The notes beneath the pieces are model-generated. The model did no database searches, was not told the origin of the DNA, and saw only the letters and a program-made list of their open reading frames with translations. A stretch of 64,000 nt of DNA from Eledone cirrhosa (lineage: Eukaryota), in NCBI GenBank assembly GCA_964016885.1, contig OZ024743.1, positions 195,486,001 through 195,550,000 on the forward strand. The letters are read 5' to 3'. A program made the translations under genes and the position numbers. Below, in pieces: positions 27,700-41,296 of the stretch; position 1 is the first letter of the stretch, and the number at the start of each line of letters is the position of its first letter.

Positions 27700-27958
27700 A
27701 TATCACATAAGAAACGGAGAATCAGTGTTGCGACGAATAAAATGTATTAGACATATTACAATCGTTTCTCTGGCGACCACCTCAAGGCACAATCGATGCA
27801 ATGATCAAACCTGACTCTGAAATCGCAAGGTCCTCGGATACGTTTCGATTCTCCGAAGCAGAGTTTCCAAAATTCTGCCTCGAGCTGGTCGCCAGAGAAA
27901 CGATTGTAATATGTCTAATAAATTGTATTCGTCGCAACACTGATTCTCCGTTTCTTAT

Positions 27959-27964
<6 letters not shown>
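27700..27964. mobile_element. Inverted-repeat element with hammerhead-like motif on the minus strand (27751-27843)
   Basis: 27700-27790 is inverted at 27875-27964; minus strand acgtat-CCGAGGA-..-GAAAC gatt GTA-atatgt; flanked by TA tracts. Confidence 0.65.
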
Positions 27965-28026
<62 letters not shown>

Positions 28027-28236
28027 CATATCTATATATCTATATGAACATGCATGCATACATATATATATATGTATATACACGTAGGTATATATATATA
28101 TATATATATATATGAATATAGACATAGAATATTCGAAAATATTCTGTATGTTTATAATAAACATTTTGAAGACCTAATCGCTATAGAATAGAATACGTCA
28201 CGTATTACAATTAGATTCTCGATAAAAGCAAGGGAA

Positions 28237-28279
28237 GTAATCTACGCGTTTCATTCTTGTTAGAAATCATCAGGACCAC
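28237..28279 (-). ncRNA. Minimal type I hammerhead (identical copies at 28547-28589 and 28857-28899)
   Basis: gtggtc-CTGATGA-tttct aaca agaat-GAAAC gc GTA-gattac. Confidence 0.85.
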
Positions 28280-29149
28280 ATATCCAGTGCTTTTATCGAG
28301 AATGACACAGCTAGAGACTTATAGAATACTTAGCTGTGTACAGGAACTGGTTTGAAAGAGCGGTTGCCGGTCCGGCAGAAATTAGAAATTGGAATAAATG
28401 CTCTGAAATAGCGATATATATGTGAATATAGACATAGAATATTCGAAAATATTCTGTATGTTTATAATAAACATTTTGAAGACCTAATCGCTATAGAATA
28501 GAATACGTCACGTATTACAATTAGATTCTCGATAAAAGCAAGGGAAGTAATCTACGCGTTTCATTCTTGTTAGAAATCATCAGGACCACATATCCAGTGC
28601 TTTTATCGAGAATGGCACAGCTAGAGACTTATAGAATACTTAGCTGTGTACAGGAACTGGTTTGAAAGAGCGGTTGCCGGTCCGGCAGAAATTAGAAATT
28701 GGAATAAATGCTCTGAAATAGCGATATATATGTGAATATAGACATAGAATATTCGAAAATATTCTGTATGTTTATAATAAACATTTTGAAGACCTAATCG
28801 CTATAGAATAGAATACGTCACGTATTACAATTAGATTCTCGATAAAAGCAAGGGAAGTAATCTACGCGTTTCATTCTTGTTAGAAATCATCAGGACCACA
28901 TATCCAGTGCTTTTATCGAGAATGACACAGCTAGAGACTTATAGAATACTTAGCTGTGTACAGGAACTGGTTTGAAAGAGCGGTTGCCGGTCCGGCAGAA
29001 ATTAGAAATTGGAATAAATGCTCTGAAATAGCGATATATATTTCTAATTTCTGCCGGACCGGCAACCGCTCTTTCAAACCAGTTCCTGTACACAGCTAAG
29101 TATTCTATAAGTCTCTAGCTGTGTCATTCTCGATAAAAGCACTGGATAT

Positions 29150-29192
29150 GTGGTCCTGATGATTTCTAACAAGAATGAAACGCGTAGATTAC
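29150..29192 (+). ncRNA. Minimal type I hammerhead (identical copy at 29460-29502)
   Basis: Same motif; stem I extended by attctcgataaaagca/tgcttttatcgagaat. Confidence 0.85.
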
Positions 29193-31656
29193 TTCCCTTG
29201 CTTTTATCGAGAATCTAATTGTAATACGTGACGTATTCTATTCTATAGCGATTAGGTCTTCAAAATGTTTATTATAAACATACAGAATATTTTCGAATAT
29301 TCTATGTCTATATTCACATATATATCGCTATTTCAGAGCATTTATTCCAATTTCTAATTTCTGCCGGACCGGCAACCGCTCTTTCAAACCAGTTCCTGTA
29401 CACAGCTAAGTATTCTATAAGTCTCTAGCTGTGTCATTCTCGATAAAAGCACTGGATATGTGGTCCTGATGATTTCTAACAAGAATGAAACGCGTAGATT
29501 ACTTCCCTTGCTTTTATCGAGAATCTAATTGTAATACGTGACGTATTCTATTCTATAGCGATTAGGTCTTCAAAATGTTTATTATAAACATACAGAATAT
29601 TTTCGAATATTCTATGTCTATATTCACATATATATCGCTATTTCAGAGCATTTATTCCAATATATATATATATATTAACCTGCACAATCTCATTTATAAA
29701 TGCACGCAGACTTTAATATTTATGACCTCCTGGTAATTATCGAAAGAATCCCAAAGGAATTTGTAATTTGATCAACTGAATTAGATTGGTATAATGGAAA
29801 TCATTATTAGAATGTTATTTAATAACACTTTCATTCAAATTGCTTAGCGTTCCTGCATCAATTAATGACCCCAGTTATTTCTGTTTGAACTGTAAACCTA
29901 ATGGAATCCTTATCAGAACAATCTTTAACAAACACAGTAAGTTGGACAAATATCCCAACTACTTTGAAAGACACATAATGAAAACACTTTAGCGCTTTTA
30001 TCATATATGCGCGGCTTCATTAGACAAATTATATTTTATTATATATAATAGCTGTTCCTCCATACTGGAGTCTTTTAATTAGATATTGAAAATATGAAAT
30101 ATGCAATACATTAACTATATGGTTGAGGCAAAATACCTTAGAGATGTGTCCTGTATACAAAAAGAAAATATGACAGGGTCAAACATATGTGATAAGTTGA
30201 GTAAAATACTGCGAATAACTGACATTATTCATGTAATGACTTGGAAAGGTCTTCCATTACCAGTAATTAAAATATGTAAACAACACACAATAGAGATAAT
30301 TGCAATAAGTTCAATTAATTGGAATGTTAGAATATATATAAAGCAATAAAAAATAGATTTGTTTTTTAAAGCTATATGTTTCGTTCTTATTACTCCTCCC
30401 CAGCGAAGCGTATTTAAACTCAGTTGGCGAAACATCATACTATCAATATATAAATATATAAGCATAGAGACAGTTTGGTGCCATTGATTATGGATATGAC
30501 CGAGAGGCAAATACCTCAAAATGTCTTTTAATTTCATTTATGAAAGTGTGCTAATGAATGCATAGTGTTATATGATTGCTTATTGATACTGAAATAATTC
30601 ATTTCTCCATTGGGTCTGACCTGTATTCATATAACTTCAGAAATAGATCTACAAAACAGAGCCTTGTAAATGAAAATGTATATTATTAATGTATGATAAA
30701 ATCTAATTATTTAAGTTGGTTTCAAAACTGATTCTGACTTTATTGACTAATTAGAAACAATGGGATGTATTGACGAGACAGGGCATTCTGATACAGAGAA
30801 ATAGAGGTTGCAATGGTAAATAAATTATACGTACTACGTACGACCTACGGTTATTTACTGTTGATCAATTTACCAATTTCTATTCGTATTATTTGGCTTA
30901 TTTCGTAGACGTCATAGAAAAATTGATTTTTTGTTTATCTAAAGTCATTCTTGATACTTTTGTTGAACTTATTTTAATTCTTTTTTCACATTTATCGCCT
31001 TAATATAGAAAAATCTGTGACCTCTTAATTCCCGTGATGCTCTTTCTTTCTCACCCCTCACCCACCACCATGTTTAATTCATCCACTTTAATTTTACCTC
31101 ATCTCTGTTTAGTGTATCATCCAGCCTCCTTATCCTTGGTAATCAGTGATCATCTCATAGAATTCTGAAAACTTATCGATTTCAGTGTCAATCTTTCAAG
31201 ATAATTTGGTTATTTGGCAACTTAAGAGGAGTCAAAATGACCTGATAACATGCTATGACCGCCAGGGAACTAATGCCAAGAAGAAAATGATCATATCTAT
31301 TCAATTATAAACTTCGGGTGGTTACGAATCAAGAGTAAACAGACAAGCAAATCAATGGCAGCTGATTGTCACAGATTTAGTGTAATTCTAACTAAAGGAA
31401 AGTCGAAAATATCAGTTGCTTTAAAAATACACAAATGTGGTACTGTATGAAAAAAAAATGTAAGCTGCTGATAAAAGCAATGTCATGCTTTCGGTTGATG
31501 GGGTTAGATTTTGCCACGTAAGTGTTATCTAATTCTTAATATAACATGTCATTTCAGGTGTCCGATAAACGCGTGAAATAACATTTTATAAAATGTAGAA
31601 AAATAACATCACAAATCGAATAGGAGTGGGTTGTATTATTTTAAATACGAAAAGTA

Positions 31657-31843
31657 GGGCGGTGAATTGGCAGTATCGTTAGAGGGTCGGACGCCATGCT
31701 TTGACGCATAGAGTTACGGCCCTTGCAATTCTGAGTTCAAATCCCGCCTAGGTTAACTTTGCCTTTCATCCTTATGGGGTCGATAAAATAAAGTACAAGT
31801 AATGTACTGGGTATTTGCTGGCCTTGAGCCAATAGTAGAAACA
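31657..31843 (+). mobile_element. SINE family A, full length
   Basis: Consensus match; flanked by duplicated attattttaaatacgaaaa. Confidence 0.85.
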
Positions 31844-32206
31844 ATTATTTTAAATACGAAAACCAAAATCCATTCAAAATGTTAATTCCCCAAGAAATAT
31901 TTCCAGAACATTATATTTCTTCAAAATGCTAAAGTTTCGTCCAAATTTTACGTGTTTCCAAGCTTTCTATTCATAGTCCTTTCAAAATGATTAGTTGCCA
32001 CCCTGAGATAACGAGATGACCAACTCATTTCATGTATTATTGAGTGCTGATTGGCCTAAATCAGATATATCAACGAGTTGTTTTCACACAACGATGACTT
32101 CAATACATTACGCAAACACACACACATACACGCACGCACAAACACACACACAAGCACACACCCAGACATGCACACACATACACAGATGCATATATACGTA
32201 TATACG

Positions 32207-32239
<33 letters not shown>

Positions 32240-32476
32240 TTGTATTAAATATTGTATATACTCTACTATGTATGGCTGTGGTTACCCCCGATTGATCCCG
32301 GAACACACGCACACTCACATATACACAAACACACACATATATATATATATGTGTGTGTGTATGCATGTAGGAGTTCCGGGTTCAATCGGGTTAACCACAG
32401 CCATACATAGTAGAGTATATACAATATATATTTAATATGGAAATGGTTTCTGTAGGACTAAAATGTTTCAACGAAC

Positions 32477-33160
32477 AAACTTGAAAACTCCGTCAGATGC
32501 ACTGGGATTGCTGCAGCAGGGTGTATGGAGATGAGCCGATGTCACGCTCACGTGTTTTTGAGTGATGCAAGAGGTTTAAAGAAGGACGCGAGAACGTGGA
32601 AGATGACCCCAGGAGCGGAAGGCCCTCAACAAACAGTACTGAGGTCAACGTTGAGCGTGTCAGGCACATGGTGCGTAACGATCGTCGACTGACTGTTCGA
32701 CTGATGGCAAATGAGCTGGGCATGAATCGGGACAGCGTCTGGAAGATTCTCACCGAAGATGTGGACAGGCGGAAAGTCTGCGCGAATATGGTGCCAAAAC
32801 TGCTGAACGATGAGCAGAAGGGTCGACGCATGCAAGTGTGCTAGCACATCCTCGAGCGTCTTGAAACCGAACCAGACTGGCTAGGGTCAGACATCACCGT
32901 TGATGAGTCATGGATCTTAGAGTAGGACCCGGAGGGGACTCGTTTTGAAGACGTGGATAACATCTAAAAGGCCGTGACGACGGAACTGCGGAGGATCCCG
33001 GAAGAATCCTTCCAGGAGTGCATGCAAGCGTGCAGAAAAGGATGGAAAAGTACATTAGACTCCAGGGTGATTACTTTGAAGGGGAAAATTCTTAGTGTGT
33101 AGTTTAGGTTTGAAATAAATCTTTAGTGACATCAGTCCTGGAACTTTCCTGACACACCTC

Positions 33161-33163
<3 letters not shown>
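32477..33163 (+). mobile_element. Internally deleted mariner transposon
   Basis: [63 protein letters not shown], then jumps to C-terminal QGDYFEG; terminal repeat ..ctgacacacctcg followed by TA. Confidence 0.9.
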
Positions 33164-33210
<47 letters not shown>

Positions 33211-33678
33211 CATTTACAAGGGACAAGGTGCTATGTGGTTATTAAAAACCAGTGTTTAGTAATAAAAAGATAGATCACATCTTCATTTGTCTGCTGTGGC
33301 TCTTGGATGTTTCGACGCATCAAAGACAATACGTTTGCCCACAGTGCGGCAATAACTTGAAAGTTATTGGGGAAAGAAAAGACAAGGAGATGATGGCCAA
33401 GAAAAAGAAAATAAATAAAATGAAGAAAACAAAACACAGAAAACATACCAATAGAGAGGGGGAAAACACGAGGAGTAGCACATCTATGTAGCAGTAATAC
33501 ATATATATATATATATATATATAAGCAAGATGTATGGTAGGTCGTACGTAAATCGCGATGATCACGCCTGACCTACCAAATATGCGACGGTAGCTAGTTA
33601 AGCTCTATGCGTATAAGCAGAGCAGAAATATTAAGGAAAAAGAACAAAGGAACTTTTATGACATTATAACAAGTTTAT

Positions 33679-33725
33679 TGCCGACAGCCGTTTCATCCGA
33701 CCATTTGGTGAGTCTTTTCAAGGCA
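33679..33725 (-). ncRNA. Hammerhead with U3-A8 variant core
   Basis: tgcc-TTGAAAA-imperfect stem II-GAAAC ggct GTC-ggca. Confidence 0.55.
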
Positions 33726-36152
33726 TATAACAGGTAATTGTAATTCATTATTTTCATCAACGTTTCACTCAAGATTAGCAGTTTGAAATCGTGGTATACA
33801 TCAACAGCTCAGCTTGTATATTTGGGGTCTATATTCTAAGGGGGCTCTTTTATATTAGTTGTAGGAGTTGTAAAAGGGATGGGTTATAGGGAATTAAGAG
33901 AATTTGAAAAGGGCCTAAAAGTTAGGGATTGAAGGTTAAAAATTAAAGAATTTATAAGTTACGCATTAAAAGTAAAAGACTTGGGATCTCTTAAAAGCAC
34001 CTTAAAAAATCCCTCAATAAGCGCATAAAGCTTATAATCCCCAATAAACCTAAAATACCATAAGAGATTAGAAGGATAAAAAAATAAGTTTCCTAAAAAA
34101 TTCCTTCAAAAAAAAAAAAAAATTTTTTTCTAAGAAATTCCATTAAAAAATTTAAGAAAATTTACGAAGATTTAATAATCCCTACGAAAGTTCTAAATTC
34201 AAAAAATTAAAATAAAAAATTTAAAATTAGGGAAAAAAACTTTCAATAAGATTTAAGAGGTTAATAAAGTTAATGATTTAGGGAATCCATAATATAAAGA
34301 TTAAGATTTAAGTTAGGATTTAAAGTTTAAGAGTTCCAAACCCAGAAATTTAAAAATTTCATGAATTTAAGATTAAGCAATCTTATATATCCAAGATTAA
34401 AAATTAAAGAATAAGAGGTTGAACATTAAATTTAATTTTAAAAATTAAGAAATAAATAGTTGCAAGAAATTAATCAATTAAAGGTTAATTCAAAAAATCC
34501 CTCAAAAAAGGCCCCTTTAAAATTTTTAATAAAAACCTCTTCCGAAAGACCCTTCAAAGAATTAAAATTTTAGAGAACCTTTAAAAATATATATAAATGA
34601 ATTGAGGAATATTACAAATTAAAAATTACGGGATTTGGGAAATCCGAGGAATTTCCAAAGGGTTGCTTCAACAGATACAACAACTTAGATATAATAAATA
34701 AAGTAATTTAAGTAATCTAATTAAGGAGCAATTCAAAGAGCTTATCAAGTTGGGCTCGAAAATTAAAGAAAATGATAAGTAAGAAAATATATAAGCAAAA
34801 AGACAATAATTATAAAATGTATTTTTAAGAAGGTATGAAATAGTTTCAGTAATCTAAAAATGTATTATCAAAAAATTATTAATATAGGATTAACAAAGAT
34901 ATAATAATATATTCCTGCCTACTTAACAAACAATCAATAAACAATTAATAGTCAAGCAAATTTACTCAGGGATATCCCACACACGGATACTTTACATACA
35001 TACAGCAAGGTGAACAATACAGGTGACCTTGTAGGTGCGATATCCATTGTGCGCGTGCAATCATCTGCATAGCTCCAGGCACAGTTGGTCTTGTTGAAAA
35101 GTTCCGAGTTCACGAATCAACTGGGATTCACTTTCAGCTGTGTGCACTCTCTGGGAGTTGGACTTGCTGATCCAACAGCTAGTGGTCGCAGGGTGTGGTC
35201 CGTTCGATCTTTTCCATGTAGTTTCGGTCGTGCCAGTTATTAAGCCAAGCGTGGGATCGCACGCGTTTGCGATAGATCAGCTTGCCGGTTTTAAATCCAA
35301 GGTTTTGCTGTATAGGATATATTGGTGTACATGATATATTGGTAAAAAAGTCCAGTATGGACTTGACTGGGGTGGTATATTGCGTCTCTCGCTATTATCC
35401 CCTCCTCTCACCAATTCCAAGTTCACACGCGACTGGTCAAATGCTAAGGGCTGTCCCCTCTTTGTTTGTTGTAGGGGTCGGTTCTAGCTTAGATGGTGGT
35501 CGTATTATCCCTGTGGCTTCTATATCCCGTCAGTCATGCATATTCAAGACAGATCACGGTATATATGCAGATATTTGCGGGTATGGTCCGGCGTCTACGC
35601 TATCCAAAGGATCTCTCTTGTGGCATTTTCAAATTCGCATGTCATCTCCCGGTTAAGTCTGCGCATGCTTCGGTGAATCTCGTGCATGGAATATTGGGGT
35701 ATCATATTACACGGGGTGACTAGCAGAAAATACATACTCCATTCTACCGCGCACGCGCAGGCCTGTGGCTACGACCATGTCCAGTCTCGGGTAGTAGCTG
35801 ACAGCAGGTAGACCAGCAAGACACACCCCAGTTCAAGGGGCACAACCCCTAACTTATCGAGTGGTCAGACATCAAGGGATCAACTCTCCAAACCCATTAT
35901 GTCAACCGTGGTAATATACAAAATAATCCCTATTAATAAAGAACTAACTAAAAAAAAATGAATGGGAGAGAATGAGGATGGGGAGCTATTGGGGCGGGGG
36001 TTTACTAGGGAAGGGGGGGTGATTGGTTACAGGCAGGGAACGGCCGCCACATTGGGTGCTCCGCTACTGTTCCCTTGGGCAAATTCCCGAATTTGTTGAT
36101 ATGTATCCCCGACGGTACATCCTCAGACCAGGCAGCGTGGGTCCAGGCACTC

Positions 36153-36778
36153 TCAATATCCCACAATGCAGGCATCAGCGGCCCCCAGAGCGCCCAGCAA
36201 CAATGCTGCCACCAATCCCACTTTGGCAAGTGGGACACAGGATCGACTGTTCCTCACCAGAGTCCCCATCGGCAAGTGGGGAGCCGAGGCATCAATGGGA
36301 CTGGAGTTACTGAAGAGCACCCTATTCGCCAGCGGGGCAGCCATGTGCGAGACAGGGTGGGGTCCGGGTTGGGTGTCTGGTCTGAAGAAAAAGAAAGAGC
36401 TAAGTATAGTATGGGGGCAGGACGAGAAGATTTCTGACCTCCTGTTGAGCAAGTTAAGTTCTGAGGATACTATGGCATGAGATTCAGTAAGGCACAGGCT
36501 ACAAAACCTGCTCAACGAGCTATATGGAGGAGCTTTAGTAAGGCATCTCCAGCTTAGTGTGCAGGGGGATTTTGCTTGTTTTAAGTTATGTATGTGTCCC
36601 GCTAACGACGTGGTATTTTTAAGCTTCCCATTTCGGAAGCTATTCTGGTGGGCGTTGAATCTCGTCTTGAACTGGTTAGCGGCTGACCCCACATACGTCT
36701 TAGTATACGTGTCTGTGGTTACGTTACAAGCATATACTACGGTCCTAATAAGGCAGTGTCCAGTTAGTGGGCATTTAT

Positions 36779-36779
<1 letters not shown>
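36153..36779 (-). pseudogene. Penelope-like GIY-YIG endonuclease domain (open frame, 5' truncated)
   Basis: DKCPLTGHCLIRTVVYACNVTTDTYTKTYVGSAANQFKTRFNAHQNSF..TSLAGHIHNLK..LSW..CSLCLTE..LLNRRSEIFSSCPH. Confidence 0.9.
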
Positions 36780-36816
<37 letters not shown>

Positions 36817-36865
36817 AGATTTAGAAACATCTTCACTATACCAACATTTAATCTCATCATATATA

Positions 36866-37801
36866 CTAGTACCAGGACCCGGCGTTGCACGGGGTAGGAA
36901 ACGTGAAATAGCAACACGCAGATGCAAAGATTGAAGAATGTAGCTATGTACTTTTTGAATTCCCTTATTCTCAGGGAATGATTGAGGAGCGACGCAGTCA
37001 ATTGTGTGAAAACTAAGTAGGGATGTACAGCGTGGCAACGAAGTTGCAGCAGAAGGGAGTCATTGTGCAATTAGCACAAACGCTGGGCGGCACTGGTTGC
37101 ACTGCGTTTACACAGCAACAAAGGTGCGACAAAAGGGGTCACAGGGGAATTAGCACAACCGCTGTTAGGCGTATTTGCGCAGGCCTTTCATACTGCGGTG
37201 TAGGTGCTACAAAAGGGTCTTAGTAGAAGTAGCACATATGTGAGTTTAACGGTGTCAATAACACGGCAACGTACACAGGGCCCGCATTTGCGCGTGATGA
37301 AAGGCACCGACAAATGTTTTAAGTCCTCCTCATTTCCTCAATCCCCCGAAAATGGTCCTGCTTAAAAGTAAGTGTTGTGTCCTCTGTGAAATAAACTAAA
37401 TTTTTAACGAAATATTATACGCTACTCACGATGTTTAAGTAGCATTTATATTAAAAATGAAAATGACATGTAATGCCCAATGCTAATTCGTAAATTACCT
37501 AGAAATCATTAATGGAATCGGAAACTTTTTTTGTCCACAGCAATGCAAGGGGACTAACTAAAGTGTGCTGCAAATTTCGAGGCTTTCGGCTGAATTATCT
37601 TTAAGGCACACCTCAAAAAATCCTAAATACGCCTTAAAATGCGGTTTTTCGCATAATGCGAATTCCTAGGGCAGAAAAAGTTAAAATCTTAGCCCTTGCA
37701 TTTAAAAAAATATAAGTAACGCATGTGTAAAGTTTGAAAAAAATCGGTCGGGTACTTCTCAAGTTTTAATGATTTACACAGACAGACATGCTGACATCCT
37801 C

Positions 37802-37815
<14 letters not shown>
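36866..37815 (-). mobile_element. Non-autonomous Helitron
   Basis: Minus-strand 3' end cccgtgcaacgccggg hairpin then CTAG|T; 5' region tatataaaac..gtctgtctgtgt shared with 42105-43020. Confidence 0.75.
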
Positions 37816-37857
<42 letters not shown>

Positions 37858-38547
37858 GTGTGTGAACTACTGAAATATCTATTCTTTTAATTACTTTGAA
37901 TTGCAGAAAACTCAATGTCCATGAATATGTTCTAATCCATTTATACATGTCATTACTATTAAACCTCAGGTACCAGTAATATTTACTATGCTTGGATACT
38001 AAAACAATCTCCCTAAAGTTAACATATCTTTCATCGATCTGGTGTTATACTTGATTTATTCTATGCTGCCTCAGATTTGAAAGGGCTAGAATATTTTCGC
38101 AGCGCCATTAATTAAATATTAAGTCTCTACTGATTGTCTAGTGAAACTTATTTAATTAGCTAATACCTACTCAATATTCCTCTGGCATTTATATAGAAAG
38201 CGATCGAGCATATAACTCAACTAAATAATTGTTTCTACGTTAGGCACAAGGCTAGCAATTACCCAGTGTATTACTGGTACTTTATTTTATCGACCCCGTA
38301 AGGATGAAAGGCAAAGTTAACCTCGAATAATGTTACCAGCTTCGGTTGTATACGGTGTTCTCGTAGGAGTGTAGCAATTCCGATTGTAACACATGTCGTA
38401 TTCTCTTGAGTAGATGTCCATATTTGATCTCAGCATATATATAGTAAAACTGCATTCATGCTGAAGCTTATTACTTTGGAGAACGTACTGCAACAGCTGG
38501 TAAGAGAGTGAATAATATATATATTTATAAATATATATATATGTATA

Positions 38548-38692
38548 AATAATTGTTTCTACTTTAGGCACAAGGCCAGCAATTACCCAGTGCATTACTG
38601 GTACTTTATTGTATCGACCCCGTAAGGATGAAAGGCAAAGTCAACCTCGGCGGGATTTGAACTCAGATCATAAAGGGACGTAACTATGCTGG
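38548..38692 (-). mobile_element. SINE family A, 5' truncated (another partial copy at 38225-38325)
   Basis: Consensus match. Confidence 0.8.
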
Positions 38693-41296
38693 AGATATAT
38701 ATATATATATATGTATAAATAATGATAGGTCATCGTTATTGTTAGAAATTGTGAAATATAGTAAAAATGTGATGATTTAAAACTATTTTCATTTTCTGAG
38801 AAAATCTGATGATGAGAGTTGAGTTTAGTGAATACAAGGCATGTTGGGTAGCTTTAATTTGGAAAACGTAATTACAAAGGAAGAATCCTACATAAAGCTG
38901 TTGAATTTATTAGCAAATTATTTCGAAGCAAAGTTGACATACTATGTTGTCTAAAGAGTACCGTATGGTAATATTTGTTTTAGCTTGCTTTTTATCATCA
39001 ACTAAAAATTGAAACAAAAATTCGATCATAGGTTACATCATAAACGATAAATAAATCCATTACATACATATCGCATAAACACACATCTTGCAGATTCACC
39101 ATATTGCTCGTATTTCAATTATAAGCAGAGCAATTCAGATGTTTGTTGATATTCCGTAAGATTGATTCTAATTAGAGAAGAATGTTATCTCAGATTTTTT
39201 TTCCACTTGCTTCGAAGCACTCGGAAAGTTTAACGCTATAGAATATAAATTCAGGCTGTAATGGCACGTGACCAGCTGAAATTGAGCATTAGAATTTAAT
39301 TTGGATTGACACATTGTCTTCGCGTAATGAGCTGAACTAGATCATTATTATTTAATTGTATTTGGCACATTGTCCACACGATTTGTTCAGATAGACCTTT
39401 GCTTTCTTTTTTACTTTTGTTTTCCTTCAATTTTCTTTCTACGTGTGTAATTACTCAAGGCTGTTTTCGTGAAAAAATCAGCTTTCTAAATGAAACATTT
39501 TTAATACATATTTTGTTTTTTTATTTTTTATTTTATTTTATTTATTCACTTGTATTTTGTGTTTCGCGGGAAGAATTGGTCGGTGGTAACACTACACTCT
39601 AATTAAAGATATGCCACAAAATTGATCGATAGAATTTGAAATACACGGGTCAGGAGATATCATGCTGGACACTGTGTAAGTTACACCGATAAGAATCGAT
39701 GTTGAAGTGGGCGCCACATTAGTTAAACATAGTTTTTAATCAATGCTATCAATGAAACGACGAATCAATCAAATGAAGTGCTACTGATTACACAAAATAC
39801 TATATTACAATGTTGTGTACACCATCAACAAGAAAATATATCTTTTTGCTATAACAAAAAAAATCACCCTATTAAGGCAGATTTTCAATTCGTAATTGAA
39901 ACCTAACAAACTACGATTCATTTTTCTTTCTTTGTCTTCTATTTACAAGGCTTTAATTATTCAATCACTAATATTTGTAATTTAGTTAAAATTTATACTT
40001 CGATTTTCTACTTGTTACCGATAATTTGTTTTAAAAATTGTGCTTTTATTATATTTTATTATTATTTGTATCCTTTTAATAGTTTACTCTAATAGAAAGC
40101 TTAACTCTAAGATCTCTATGAATATCTGCTATATAGAGATCTATATTGTCGGAATCCTTTTCATTCAGTTATAATATAGATATGGGCGTGATATGAGGAA
40201 GTCTGGTCAGACCTCAAGCAGTTACAGTTTCGATGCTTCTTGGTGGTACCTTGTGGAAGTTATTTCTAGTTAAACCCCGTAGTGACTAATAATTTGCGAC
40301 AGACATAAGCTGCATTGAAACCCTTCGTGTAGGTGTAAACAAAAACCCACACATATACACATATATGATAACTGCCACTTGTTTACAGAAGACGACCATC
40401 TCTTCAACGAATTCTCTACTATTATGAACAACCAACTGCTGGCTGCTGGCAAGTTTGATTACTGATCAGGCCTTGTTTATGTTATCTTTCTCTGGACCCT
40501 TCCCATGTTGTATGGATGCGGAGTATGTCTCTCAAAAGGGCTGCCCAGATGTCTAAGACTCCACCGAAGCATGTTGCTGTTCAGATTAACAGTACAGCCA
40601 CATTAGGATAAGACATAAGACAGCCACGTGCTGATGTGTAACTCAGTGCTTCTAACCGGTAGCGTCTGCAACCGTTTGCAACTGCTTCGGGATTTGGGAA
40701 GAAATATATGCACATAAATATGGCAATGATACGTGCTTATACTGCACCTATACCATCCACTCCTTCCCTACAGCGGATGTCCAGTGCAAGCCAAGGAAAG
40801 TTAACAGGACAGTTACGAGGATCGCATGTGTTATTGTATATGGAGTTTAACCTCTCCAAGGGGTGAGCCCGTTCGCACCACGCTTGACCAATTGCAGGTT
40901 GGTGACGCTATTTAACCCATATTAAGGGTGTATTGCAGTTGATTCTCTACAGTTAATCTGCCCTTTCACCGCTCTTGTTTGTGAGCTGCTTGACTTCACA
41001 CTTACCCTCCTCGCCAGATCAGGGTCTGTTGGAGGAGCCGGTTTAATCACCAACAAACCCACCATGAAACAGGTTGTAATGGGCTACATGCTACCAGTAA
41101 CAGGCAGCGATCTGACCTGACATACATACACACACACATACATACATACATACATACATACACACATACATACATATATGATCTATATACGTAGCAAAGT
41201 TGTACATGGAAATATTAGATATGTGGGGAGGAACGAACAAAGAAGAGATCTTTCTCATCATCTATGTAATATATATGCACATACACACACACGAAA

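Larger units (their letters stand above)
28114..29660. repeat. 310-bp unit array, 3 direct + 2 inverted copies, one hammerhead per unit (non-LTR retrozyme candidate)
   Basis: Units at 28114, 28424 and 28734; inversion at 29041; two inverted units to 29660; one substitution seen (28615); TA tracts on both sides. Confidence 0.9.
33523..36780 (-). mobile_element. 5'-truncated Penelope-like retroelement: endonuclease domain, long 3' region and terminal hammerhead
   Basis: Bounded by TA tracts; endonuclease and HHR on the same strand; continuity across 33800-34750 is inferred. Confidence 0.55.

Noticed and set aside
28114-29660. CRISPR array or plain satellite interpretation
   Set aside because: Units are wholly identical with no unique spacers, there are no cas genes, the context is eukaryotic, and the hammerhead explains the unit better
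29700-30900. Possible decayed Penelope RT on the minus strand (HPIVSN, FRQ)
   Set aside because: Only scattered short motifs; cannot be supported without BLASTX
35140-36480. Plus-strand ORFs in the GC-richer region
   Set aside because: Antisense to, or within, the Penelope-like 3' region; no recognisable protein motifs
40160-41120. GC-richer block resembling a LINE 5' region or SINE
   Set aside because: No recognisable motif or second copy in the window to classify it
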